54,373 nucleotides of DNA. It comes from a virus (Duplodnaviria > Caudoviricetes). The notes under the pieces were generated by a model. It was given only the letters and a program-made list of their open reading frames with translations, searched no databases and was not told where the DNA came from. The first letter of the stretch is position 1. Each line of letters starts with the position of its first letter. This document shows, one piece after another, positions 27,501-35,305 of this stretch. Position numbers and translations under genes: made by a program. The stretch spans positions 1 through 54,373 of IMG/VR virus record IMGVR_UViG_3300027869_000008; one strand, written 5' to 3'.

Positions 27501-28094
27501 GAGATGGGAGTTATCCAAGCTGTGAAGGATATGAAAGTGGCGGAGCTTTGTCTTCTTGAGAAGTTACAGGTGCTTGAGAAGAAGCCGCAGTATGTCTCAG
27601 AGAATTATCAGACCATCCCTAAACTACCTCCGAAGCCTAAGGTACCCATGGGGGTTAATTTGATTCAGATTAGGAATGTTAAGGAGGGATATGTAAGAGT
27701 ACAGTGGAGGTATGTTGATGGGGTGCATCACGAGTGGGATACGAAGGGTAGTCAACTCACGGAGGCGTTCTTCACATGGCTAAACGGAGAGAAAGAGGAC
27801 ACGGTAAAGACAGGTCCAAGCCTCGTCTCAGGGGCGGGGGTTCAGTATCCAATCGTTCTACAAGAGGGAGTGGGCGGGGGAAAGGTGTACGCCCCTCTCG
27901 GAAAACAAAGCACCGCAAACATTCTAAAGGAGATAAATCACCAATGTCTAATGAGTGGGTATCCTCAAATAAAGCCTCCCTCGTCGTGGACCTCGGAGTC
28001 ACCAGAGCTGTTCCCGGTGCCGGAGGCGACGCCGGTACCGGTGGAGATGGAGGCTCTGGAAACGGAGGAGCCGGAGTCCCCGGAGGACTTCTAA
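24564..28094 (+). CDS. Large PEP-utiliser / dikinase-like protein: duplicated N-terminal domain, reduced ATP-grasp, phospho-His swivel domain, helical C-terminal domain
   Basis: FARPCP..PRHGFVDSR, GGGNDGATAG, YFEIVY, WITQLRDGP (PPDK/PEPS N-domain-like); GNLSSHIVIHAVVKGVPV matches the G.TSHAAI.AR..G.P phospho-His motif. Confidence 0.75.
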   Translation: MGKQDGKVVGGIEVGKQYEGVKVVWADESGSISYPPHPEVTHGNLYWCIYPSGKKRMSRWGSGFATVKDLMGVEDYGNPNPFKVPWPWAELHPGEVDPSLDYPTEFAMPAYTTKSNHTIGPAYVDGVLTPETQTLMVKWKTGDPYEAWNKQFDEWEGGSVTTTSMPNTTSGGKLHPVIPVGPVSPFYNPKIKVYVGETDTETGVRVVWIDPPEVVSPKLKGCKECYGLWCVFPDGSKGLQTTSEGDYKDCLNWHHNNYDKGWPWKQWHPGIPDPSSVYVIPQTGKPTEAQVGMKGVSEGEEFWVVGMGPEAHYSCVGWLSDGVNATMVIGEDLVIYGKYFKSHVSVNDLWNVGYDKIPPNHSEIVAEFKGQEKWKNPLGAGGSGEPMKTVKELATTTHKAMAKTKPTIATTLQCIKAIKEYCKVTPPKYRSNAACYTWILENYKIKAFPETHKWSHQKTEKCIEENLHKISIDIIAEVPEVSLGTVMAEYKPTWTPPVITQLKQAKPIPPTYVPKTQKEQGYIELEKGMYKNYVLKYTMEPFYQGMGEIFARPCPVRPRHGFVDSRVVHTIEEYESLREEVRKADPEGEIMLVPTIKEPKCSAVYTPGRIEVGGGNDGATAGKGEVVSFSISPERLQGVNYNNGGIKDTPYFEIVYQGKSGDIDNPTKTWITQLRDGPELPKGSEDFVPPGDGFVVKEIVKVEHPEDYSLLEWEERVKGFPEGTVVWFPKGNLSSHIVIHAVVKGVPVLTTREPVIGEKLVATVEKGEGTVKWRRGQVEEGYAAGMLIRMPAQQMMWCVMAGLHNGVWLFRGRPFMLGLTAALGVRLAGALGQGELRYYTKADTGSKLWNTGKSRGTVYHEVLQDYKWSLECLRWAPLLYHAKGHWSGSFGGPKWGSSMDAAVAVNDSVTSGETEEMVIEKLNILVNSCHNGGKLFTKVGRPNQISNNIELGAVLVAHYWWEALGMARERGEEIALVRGEMGVIQAVKDMKVAELCLLEKLQVLEKKPQYVSENYQTIPKLPPKPKVPMGVNLIQIRNVKEGYVRVQWRYVDGVHHEWDTKGSQLTEAFFTWLNGEKEDTVKTGPSLVSGAGVQYPIVLQEGVGGGKVYAPLGKQSTANILKEINHQCLMSGYPQIKPPSSWTSESPELFPVPEATPVPVEMEALETEEPESPEDF

Positions 28095-29449
28095 CTGAAC
28101 GGGGGCGGATTCGTCTGTGGGGTGGGAGTAAGTTCGATATCAAATCGGGGGATGGAGATATCTTCATCAATCTTACCAGTGATAAGAAGTGGAGTGACTT
28201 TAAGTTCACTGGGAAGTGGAAGTGGTTGAATAAGTACTATGGTGTTCCACCGGAAGAGGTGGTGCTTAATTGGGAAGATATGAAGGCTCCCGTTTATCCC
28301 GCAAGCTTCTGGGTGGAGTTCTGGAAAGAGCTCAAGAGGGAGCTGTGGGCGAATGGAAAGCTGGAGCCTATCGAGGAGGCGTCTAAAGGGGAGATCGGCG
28401 CTCCTGAGGGCGCTGGAGCTCAAGGAGAGGGTGTCCAGCAGAGGGTCTTGGATGTTGTTTTTTACTGTACAGGTGGGAAGGGCAGGACCGGGACTGCTAT
28501 TGCTTGTCTGATGGTCACGGCGGCTCAGATTGATGGTTATAGGGCTATCTTGAAAGTCAGGAAGGCGTATAAGTCTGAGGCTGTGGAGACACAGGGGCAG
28601 GTGGATTATATTAAGAATCTCCAGGAGACACTGTATCCTCAGGCGTCTGAAGAGTGGGGGAAGGGGCAGGGTGGGAATGGGGAGAGTATTCCTGGGCCTT
28701 CGCAGTCGCATATGTTCAATGGATCTACAGGGTATAACTATAGCCAAGGGGATTATCTCTGCCGTGGTTATGGAGCGAGGAGTCCTCAGCCAACGCCACA
28801 GGTGGCGGGGCAGATTATTGTAGCTTTGATGGAGACTGTGGAAGGGGTCGTCAAGGCGGAGTGGGACTTCAAGGCGAAGGAGATTGTGATCTGGGAAGAC
28901 GAGACTGTCCAAACGGGGCCTGTCAAGGCTGTGATGTGTAAGTACAATGTCGATGGGTGGGATATTCGGATTAAGAATGGGAAGAATCTCAAGAAGTCCT
29001 CCTCCTCCTCTACAGGCTCCTCAGGTTCATCGAAGGAATCTAAAGACAAGGAGGAAGATACACTTACCAATTCCCATACGGGGAAGAGGACTACTGGGGA
29101 GTTTAAGAGCGTGGGTTCGTCGGGGTATCTCTCATCGATCTCGGGGGTCCAATCGAAGGGCCAGAAACTCCTCCCCTTCAAACAACAGTCTGTAATCGGT
29201 GGACCGAGGGAGCAGAAGATCAAGCGTGTCGCGGGGGTCCTCGCGATCTGTAGACACGAGCTCATGCAGATACCGAATGTTGACTGGGTGGGGCAGGGAT
29301 ATGGGGATATTCCTACATTGCGGCTGGGGACGTACCATAAGCACTATGATTCTATGAAGATCATCAATGCGGCTACGGCGATTATTGCGAAGTATGGGTA
29401 TGACATCGTGGGGGATGAGGGGGTGAATTTAGAGGTGACGAGGGGGTAG
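27944..29449 (+). CDS. Cys-based (PTP/dual-specificity) phosphatase with C-terminal extension; alternative start 27776
   Basis: WEDMKAP acid loop, VVFYCTGGKGRTGT (CX5R), AILKVRK...AVET..Q..YI. Confidence 0.85.
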   Translation: MSNEWVSSNKASLVVDLGVTRAVPGAGGDAGTGGDGGSGNGGAGVPGGLLTERGRIRLWGGSKFDIKSGDGDIFINLTSDKKWSDFKFTGKWKWLNKYYGVPPEEVVLNWEDMKAPVYPASFWVEFWKELKRELWANGKLEPIEEASKGEIGAPEGAGAQGEGVQQRVLDVVFYCTGGKGRTGTAIACLMVTAAQIDGYRAILKVRKAYKSEAVETQGQVDYIKNLQETLYPQASEEWGKGQGGNGESIPGPSQSHMFNGSTGYNYSQGDYLCRGYGARSPQPTPQVAGQIIVALMETVEGVVKAEWDFKAKEIVIWEDETVQTGPVKAVMCKYNVDGWDIRIKNGKNLKKSSSSSTGSSGSSKESKDKEEDTLTNSHTGKRTTGEFKSVGSSGYLSSISGVQSKGQKLLPFKQQSVIGGPREQKIKRVAGVLAICRHELMQIPNVDWVGQGYGDIPTLRLGTYHKHYDSMKIINAATAIIAKYGYDIVGDEGVNLEVTRG

Positions 29450-29452
29450 GTT

Positions 29453-29680
29453 ATGAAATGTGCTTTTTGTCTTCAAGAGCTTGAAGCCTCATTCAGGAAG
29501 ATCCCCAAGACCAAACGGAAAGCGTATGGGTTGAGTATCGTTGGGGAGGAGAATGCTCACGTGCTCTGCCTAGCCAAAGCGGAGCAGAAGAGGCGGGAGG
29601 ATGATCCGGGATACAAAGGGTATTTTGAGGGGCATACCTTCGGGACTGACCCTGTGAAGTATGAACGGGGACAAGATTAG
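29453..29680 (+). CDS. Small Zn-binding hypothetical protein
   Basis: CAFC...HVLC. Confidence 0.65.
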   Translation: MKCAFCLQELEASFRKIPKTKRKAYGLSIVGEENAHVLCLAKAEQKRREDDPGYKGYFEGHTFGTDPVKYERGQD

Positions 29681-29749
29681 GGGGTCCTACTCCAATCCAT
29701 CGGGACTCTAGCCCCTAGAAGGGTATAGAGGGGTACAAGAGGGGGGAAA

Positions 29750-29985
29750 TTCATTGCAGGTTTGCAGGATGAGGTATATACTATTGAAAAGGAAAGACTT
29801 GCAAACCTGCAAAAGGGTCTGCAACACGTTGCATCATTGCAGGAACTACTATAATGACCCTTTGCAGGACCCTACGTGGAATCAACATCTTGCAATGACT
29901 TTTTAAAGGAATGCAGGACCCTGTTGCAGGAGATATCTATATATATTTCATATAGATAGACCTCTTTTGGGCTCTCCCTGCAACG
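29750..29985. repeat. Putative replication origin: TTGCAGG iterons and AT-rich element
   Basis: TTGCAGG x5 on + and x2 on -, plus variants; 13-bp inverted repeat 29754-29766/29800-29812; atatctatatatatttcatatagat at 29933-29957; adjacent to the helicase. Confidence 0.75.
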
Positions 29986-30041
29986 GTTTCCACGTATTCC
30001 ATCCCATAGGCCGTAGGCCATCGGGGGGATACTCTTTAGAC

Positions 30042-30917
30042 CTAGGACGGTTTGAGGATCTTGACGCGGCCCTTGCCGATGGGTAGAAGGGTGCCCTCTT
30101 TTTTCATTCGACTCAGGAAGTTGTAGGCGGATTTCTCAGAGCAGATGCCTGAGGACACAGCGGACATCACGAAGTCTCCTGTGTTGAGTTCTCCGGTGGT
30201 GTAGGTTTCGAGGAGCTTAAGGAGGTCTGCCTCGACTCCATTTGGGGCGGCTCCTGCGAGTTCAACGAAGCGGCCACACTTGTCTAGAAAGTAGTAGAAT
30301 TCCGCTTCAGGGGCATTACGGGGGAGGAGATTGAGGATTCTTTGATTGTGGGTTTCGGGATGGCGTTCGAGGAGGAACATTGTTTCGGTGAGGCCAGCGT
30401 AGGCTACAGAGCCGAGGGCTCGTTGGCGTTTGTCGGTGTAGACTTCGGTGGGCTTTAATTTGGGGGAGTGGGCGTGGGCGATGATTGTTTTGTCGTGTTG
30501 CTTGAGGCAGTTTAGGACGCTCCTCAACCACTTACCTGTGGATTGGTAAGAGTTCATCGAGTTCCCGTTCTTGCTGTCGGGCATCAATAACATGAAAGAT
30601 TCGATGATGATGAGGGGGTGTGGGGACCATTTGATGATTGCTTCGATGGTGTTTCCGGGGAGTTCATCGAAGCCGTAGACGAGTTCGGGAGGGAGTTTAA
30701 CGTCCATTCGAGCTAGGGTGCGCTTCATCCCTTCTTTGGAGCGGTCACCAATGTAAGCGAAGGTGGTGGGGGTGGATTTGTAACCTAAAATGGGGCGGCC
30801 ATCGAGGAGGTCTAGCAGGGCTTGGAAGGCCCAGGTTGTTTTGCCGACTCCTGAGGGACCTGCGATGGTGTGGATTTCGTGGGTTGGAAGGATTTCATCG
30901 ATGATGAATTCAGACAT
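30042..30917 (-). CDS. RepA/AAA_25-family (RecA-fold) replicative helicase with C-terminal wHTH-like domain
   Basis: IAGPSGVGKTT, LIIIES, AHAHSPK, ALGSVAYAG, PRNAP. Confidence 0.85.
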   Translation of the reverse strand: MSEFIIDEILPTHEIHTIAGPSGVGKTTWAFQALLDLLDGRPILGYKSTPTTFAYIGDRSKEGMKRTLARMDVKLPPELVYGFDELPGNTIEAIIKWSPHPLIIIESFMLLMPDSKNGNSMNSYQSTGKWLRSVLNCLKQHDKTIIAHAHSPKLKPTEVYTDKRQRALGSVAYAGLTETMFLLERHPETHNQRILNLLPRNAPEAEFYYFLDKCGRFVELAGAAPNGVEADLLKLLETYTTGELNTGDFVMSAVSSGICSEKSAYNFLSRMKKEGTLLPIGKGRVKILKPS

Positions 30918-31032
30918 AGATTGTCTAATCCCTTTCTTGCACTCAAATGGGCCGTTCCCCGATGGAAAGGGGGGGCGAGGGAGCTACCCCCGCCCCAGGG
31001 GTTAGACATGAACGACTTCACCGAGTCGAGAT

Positions 31033-31084
31033 AGTGTACTGACTCGGGTTAGACCTGTCAAGACCTAGGGGTTTCTACTAGGAC
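31033..31084 (-). promoter_or_regulatory. Helicase promoter TTGACA-N17-TACACT with operator GTCCTA-N11-TAGGTC
   Basis: Near-consensus; divergent from 31102-31154. Confidence 0.75.
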
Positions 31085-31101
31085 TACTCTATTCAGTGGG
31101 G

Positions 31102-31154
31102 GTCCTAATCGATCACGCTGGGTCTTGACAGTATGTGGGTGCGAGTAGTAGATT
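31102..31154 (+). promoter_or_regulatory. Promoter TTGACA-N18-TAGATT with operator GTCCTA-N11-TGGGTC
   Basis: Upstream of RBS AGGAGG and ATG 31183. Confidence 0.75.
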
Positions 31155-31182
31155 ACAATTCAACTCTTAGGAGGAGCTAAGT

Positions 31183-31605
31183 ATGTTAGGAACATTGAAG
31201 AAGTACTATCCGTGGATCACGAAGGTTGTGGATGCGAAGCGGGCCGTTACCATTGAGGTGACGAAGAAAGACTCCGCCACTGGGAAGCGGCGAAGCCACA
31301 AGACATGCGCGATGGCTGTCGCGTGTGAGAAGATGTTCAAGGCGGATGGGGTGGTGATTAGTCGCTCCAATGCCTACATCATCAAGAAGGATAAGGCGAT
31401 TAAGTTCGCCATCCCTCAGAGTGTGTCTAGGGAGATCGTCTCATTTGACCGGGGAGCGGGATTTGAGCCGGGGATTTATCAGTTGTCGAAGCCCAAGAAG
31501 TCATATCCTAAATCCAGTGGGGAGCACACTGGAAATGGTAAGCGCAAGTCCCATCGGCACATCACAGATAACGTCCGAGTGAATGTGCATTCGGATATTG
31601 AGTAG
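31183..31605 (+). CDS. Basic hypothetical phage protein
   Basis: Strong RBS; I.VT.KD..G...CA.A.AC pattern. Confidence 0.8.
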   Translation: MLGTLKKYYPWITKVVDAKRAVTIEVTKKDSATGKRRSHKTCAMAVACEKMFKADGVVISRSNAYIIKKDKAIKFAIPQSVSREIVSFDRGAGFEPGIYQLSKPKKSYPKSSGEHTGNGKRKSHRHITDNVRVNVHSDIE

Positions 31606-31616
31606 GGAGGTTTCCA

Positions 31617-31831
31617 TGCGACCTGAAGCCATCAAGTTGGAGAACTTCTCCAAAGAAAAGCCTACGGTTTACCTGTCGGGGATTGAGCTTGTGGAAGGCG
31701 ACCCAATCATCCCCCACTTTGGAGAGCTAATCGATTTGGCCCTATTCTCCCCTTCAGAGGTTGTAAAGTTTAGATGGGTTGGGGCTAAGGAAGAATGGGT
31801 CGTGGCTCCGGATATCTTGGGAGGTAAGTAA
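31617..31831 (+). CDS. Hypothetical protein
   Basis: RBS GGAGGT before MRPEAIK; start coordinate approximate (within 1-2 nt). Confidence 0.6.
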
Positions 31832-33052
31832 ATGTGGCAGATTGATCGCTCTCGCGTCGCAACCTTCGAGCAGTGTCCACGCAAACGCTATCTACAGTAT
31901 CACTACGCAGGCTCCGGCATCGAATCTGGACACAAGGATGTACACTTGTGGAATGGGTCGATGGTCCATGATGGATTTGATTTACTGGCCCAGGGACAAG
32001 ACCTTGAGGCAGTGGTCAATGTGATCCGGGAGAAGGCGATAGTGGAGGCTCAAGCGGAGGGGCTACTGGAATCGGATGATCCTGAGTATCTCAAGGGGAT
32101 CACCGACTACATGGACTTTCAGGAGGGGATGCTGCGGGCGCATGAGAAGTTCTTTTGGCCTCGGTTCTCTCAGGAATATCAGCTTGTGGCGGGGGAGCAG
32201 GAGGTATCTTGGCCCCTCGGACATGGGATGGAGTGGATGTCCCGTTTGGATAGGATCGTGCGGAGGAAGCACGACGGGGCTGCCTTTGTCGTAGAGTATA
32301 AGACTACAGGGTACCTTGATGAGGGGTGGCGTAGGGGGTGGAGGTATGATATGCAGGTGATTTCTGAGGTGGAGAGCCTGCGTAGATTCCTTGAGTCCCC
32401 TGGGGTATCCAATCACAATCCCAACTGGAAGCATCTAGGGTGGAACGATCCTCCCCCTCACATTGGACTAATCATCGTAGGTCTCTACAAGAACACCTAC
32501 CGTAAACAACTCCAATCACCACTAGTATTTACGTGGATGTCACAAGGGGATGGGATTAATCCGCCGATGTTCGAGAGGGAGTTTGAGTGGCAGTGTACTG
32601 CGCCACATGCGAAGTGTCCTGGGGGGAAGAATCATCGGCTCGGTAAGGATTACCGACGTGTGCGGGTACGGGATGAATATCCGGGGGGAGTGAAGGCGTG
32701 GGTGGAGCAGCTTCCACAGGACTTCGTGGATAGGCAGATTGTGGCACTGGAGCCGATTGTACCTAGTCCGTATGAGACGCATCGTTGGACCGTCACGATG
32801 CAGAATCAAGAGACTAAGATTCAGACGGCTATAGCGGCTGTGGGGAGTGGAGTGAGTCTAGATGCTGAGTTTGAAATGCACACCAACGGAAACAACTGTA
32901 CCCGTGGAGACTATGGGAGGCAGTGTATGTTCTTTGATGTATGTTGGGGGTCGGCGGGGATGGATTTGAATGGGCAGTTTGTTCGTAGGAAGCCTAATCA
33001 TCCGCAGGAGATTGTGCAGATTGAGGGGGCATTGCCTCCGTTGGAGGAGTAA
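31832..33052 (+). CDS. Cas4/RecB-like PD-(D/E)XK exonuclease
   Basis: F.QCPRK, GSMVH, RLDRIV..VVEYKTTG, Q motif, C-terminal C..C.F..VC (Fe-S staple). Confidence 0.88.
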   Translation: MWQIDRSRVATFEQCPRKRYLQYHYAGSGIESGHKDVHLWNGSMVHDGFDLLAQGQDLEAVVNVIREKAIVEAQAEGLLESDDPEYLKGITDYMDFQEGMLRAHEKFFWPRFSQEYQLVAGEQEVSWPLGHGMEWMSRLDRIVRRKHDGAAFVVEYKTTGYLDEGWRRGWRYDMQVISEVESLRRFLESPGVSNHNPNWKHLGWNDPPPHIGLIIVGLYKNTYRKQLQSPLVFTWMSQGDGINPPMFEREFEWQCTAPHAKCPGGKNHRLGKDYRRVRVRDEYPGGVKAWVEQLPQDFVDRQIVALEPIVPSPYETHRWTVTMQNQETKIQTAIAAVGSGVSLDAEFEMHTNGNNCTRGDYGRQCMFFDVCWGSAGMDLNGQFVRRKPNHPQEIVQIEGALPPLEE

Positions 33053-33070
33053 ACTATGGCGAAAATGAAG

Positions 33071-33109
33071 AAGGTCGGGCCTAAGGGGAGCGTCGAGCGG
33101 GGCGAGACG
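33071..33109 (+). repeat. Dispersed repeat copy 1 (tandem-GA hairpin element)
   Basis: aaggtcgggcctaa-N3-gagcgtcgagcggggcgagacg; second copy at 37847-37887. Confidence 0.7.
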
Positions 33110-33446
33110 CGACCATCCAACGCACTCCCTCGCCACAGTAAAAGGGCGAGACACGAGCGAGGTATACCACAAGCTAAAAACGAGCCGCGAGAGGCACGAC
33201 CAACCGAGTCACCCTCTCGCCGTGGGAAAACGAGACACATGGTCCACAAACTCATCCTTGATGAAGGTGGGATAGACACCGCTTGTGGGAGTTCTCTACG
33301 ACTGAGGAAACTATGAGTGCGTATAATTCCTTTCACCAATATCGGAGGATGAAACTGAGGGTTCGGGGGAAGGGGCATATACTGTATTTGCAACAGACTA
33401 TAGGTCTAGTTGAGGTGCCAGCGTTGAAGGAAAGTGAGGAATCTAA

Positions 33447-33644
33447 GTGACTGAAACTAAAGTAGATCATGTGACAGCACGTGAAGCGGCGAGAGCTCTT
33501 GGGATCTCGATTGACCGGGTGTACAAGCTAATCTGGGAGGCCCGTCTCGTGGGGAAGAAGAGTCCACGGGGGTTTTGGATGGTCTCTCGGGATTCTATTG
33601 AGACGAGGGCGGCTTGGAAGGGGGAGGTGCCGAAGTGGGAGTAG
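33447..33644 (+). CDS. MerR/excisionase-like HTH protein
   Basis: VTAREAARALGISIDRVYKLI...L.G.K..G.W.V. Confidence 0.85.
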   Translation: MTETKVDHVTAREAARALGISIDRVYKLIWEARLVGKKSPRGFWMVSRDSIETRAAWKGEVPKWE

Positions 33645-34429
33645 ATGCTAAGAATGAAGTATGCGGAGCTAAGAATCCCAACCAGCTTACAGCGTGTGTA
33701 CTCCCGAAAGGGCATATGGGAGGGCACATTTGGCAACCTGTTGAAGCTGGCTCCCCCACGATGAATTCCTCGATGGGCCTGACGATCCAACAACTTCAGG
33801 CTCATAAAGAGTATCTGAGTATGAAGATCAAGGAGGCCCAGAAGACGATCCCGGATTCTCAGAAGTTTCTGGAGTTTGTCACTCCTATTGCTGTGGAGAT
33901 CAACGAGGTCAACAAAGAGATCGAACAGGCTTATGGGAGTTCCTCAGACGCTATGGAGTTCAAGCACATCCCCACCCTCCCTGGTTCGACATGGGCCACG
34001 CCTTCCTTGGAGTGGAGTGATCTTGGTATCACCAAGATGTCGAAGGCTCAGGAGATGCTCGCCAGTAATATATGGACATCCGGGGTCGATAAGCCTGAGC
34101 CTACACCGGGACAGTGGCACGGAACCATTGGCGGGATTGTGCTTGGGAAGACGTATCCGCAAGCTGAGCTAGAAGGGGGAGTCTACATGACTAAGAAACA
34201 CTTCGCAGCCATCGCTACGATCCTAGCGAAGAATCGTCCGCATCCGGATATGAAAGGGATGCTTCAGCTTTGGGAGGGGCAAAGGGATGAGTTGAGTAAG
34301 TACTTTAAAACACTCACGCAGTCTTTTGATACTCAAAAGTTTAAGCTCCTGACGGAGGCGAAGCTCACGGAAGACCCGAAGCATCCTGGATTTGCCATCG
34401 CGACTTATCCTGAGGGAAAGAAGCCCTAA
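33614..34429 (+). CDS. Hypothetical protein (true start probably GTG near 33636)
   Basis: 271-aa ORF; CGA...CVLP.GH.G.H motif; C-terminal MTKKHF..IA segment. Confidence 0.7.
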   Translation: MEGGGAEVGVDAKNEVCGAKNPNQLTACVLPKGHMGGHIWQPVEAGSPTMNSSMGLTIQQLQAHKEYLSMKIKEAQKTIPDSQKFLEFVTPIAVEINEVNKEIEQAYGSSSDAMEFKHIPTLPGSTWATPSLEWSDLGITKMSKAQEMLASNIWTSGVDKPEPTPGQWHGTIGGIVLGKTYPQAELEGGVYMTKKHFAAIATILAKNRPHPDMKGMLQLWEGQRDELSKYFKTLTQSFDTQKFKLLTEAKLTEDPKHPGFAIATYPEGKKP

Positions 34430-34473
34430 CCCATCACGATAGGTCTTGACACGTTTTGAGAATAGAGTATACT
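34423..34473 (+). promoter_or_regulatory. Promoter TTGACA-N16-TATACT with operator GCCCTA-N11-TAGGTC
   Basis: Near-consensus boxes before RBS AGGAGG. Confidence 0.7.
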
Positions 34474-34502
34474 CGGGGGGCTTTCCCCATCAGGAGGATC
34501 AC

Positions 34503-34883
34503 ATGAAGGATGTCGCAGTTAGTAAGTCTACGTTACTCGAACGGCTCTACGCAAATCGGGAGAGCCACAAGAAGATGTTCCAGGAGGCTCTGGAGGGGTT
34601 CTGCAAGGCTGCGGAAGCGGCCTTAAAACTTGAGCTTAAACGCCTCAAGGAAGGCAAGCCTCGTAACGTCTTCGTCCACACTGAAGTCCCAGTCGATCAG
34701 ACTGTCCAGTATAACCGAGTGATCGAGATGATCGAGATGTCACTCGGAGATACGGTAATGCTCAGTGAACAGGACTTCAAGCAGTATGTGATGGACGACT
34801 GGACTTGGAGCCGGGAGTGGTTACATAAGAATCAACAGTATGGGGATACGGTGCTGGCGGCACTTTCAAAGTATGGGGAGTAA
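34503..34883 (+). CDS. Hypothetical helical phage protein
   Basis: RBS AGGAGG before MKDVAVS. Confidence 0.8.
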   Translation: MKDVAVSKSTLLERLYANRESHKKMFQEALEGFCKAAEAALKLELKRLKEGKPRNVFVHTEVPVDQTVQYNRVIEMIEMSLGDTVMLSEQDFKQYVMDDWTWSREWLHKNQQYGDTVLAALSKYGE

Positions 34884-34884
34884 G

Positions 34885-35040
34885 ATGACTTGTACTCGCT
34901 ATGGATGTAGCGGAGCAGCGACGAAAGAGCTCAAACTCCCCTGTGGAGTCGTCTGGGAGAGGCTCTGTGAGGAGTGTCATCAGGAGTTGTCCACTGAAGC
35001 GGAGGGGGAGGAAGAATGCGAAGAGTCACAGATTTGTTGA
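34885..35040 (+). CDS. Small Zn-finger protein (MTCTRYGC...LCEECH)
   Basis: Cys pattern; starts right after the upstream stop. Confidence 0.55.
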   Translation: MTCTRYGCSGAATKELKLPCGVVWERLCEECHQELSTEAEGEEECEESQIC

Positions 35041-35101
35041 TGCTCGTGGCTATTATGGTGGTCATGTGGGCCAGTAGGGTGATATTGAGGAGGGGGCGGC
35101 G

Positions 35102-35305
35102 GTGACTAAGTTGAAACATATTTACTATGTGGTTATTGAGGAGCGAGTCCCCAAAGGTAAGACTCCTACGCCTCCTAAGGAGTTGGAGGGAGAGTTGGCG
35201 ACCATCTTGGGATACGAACTCCCCATGCCCATGCAGGTATCATACATCCGTAGAGCATCATCGGCATCATTCAATCATTCAAAGAAGAAGGGAGTCAAAT
35301 GCTGA
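35102..35305 (+). CDS. Hypothetical protein
   Basis: RBS GAGGAGG; 67 aa. Confidence 0.6.
   Translation: MTKLKHIYYVVIEERVPKGKTPTPPKELEGELATILGYELPMPMQVSYIRRASSASFNHSKKKGVKC

Noticed and set aside
28091-28912. Long antisense ORFs (this 273-aa one; also 8666..9325, 44201..44728, 46828..47406)
   Set aside because: They lie opposite well-supported genes, lack RBSs and motifs, and are explained by codon bias or repeats.
29750-29985. CRISPR array
   Set aside because: Repeats are 7-13 bp, irregularly spaced and in both orientations. The Cas4-like gene is a stand-alone phage nuclease.
33447-33644. Excisionase implying a temperate lifestyle
   Set aside because: No integrase, att site, CI-like repressor or partition genes recognised; this HTH type is common in lytic phages.
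24195-35305. Genome-wide stop-codon reassignment
   Set aside because: TAA, TAG and TGA all end core genes, often with tight overlaps; long genes are intact in code 11.
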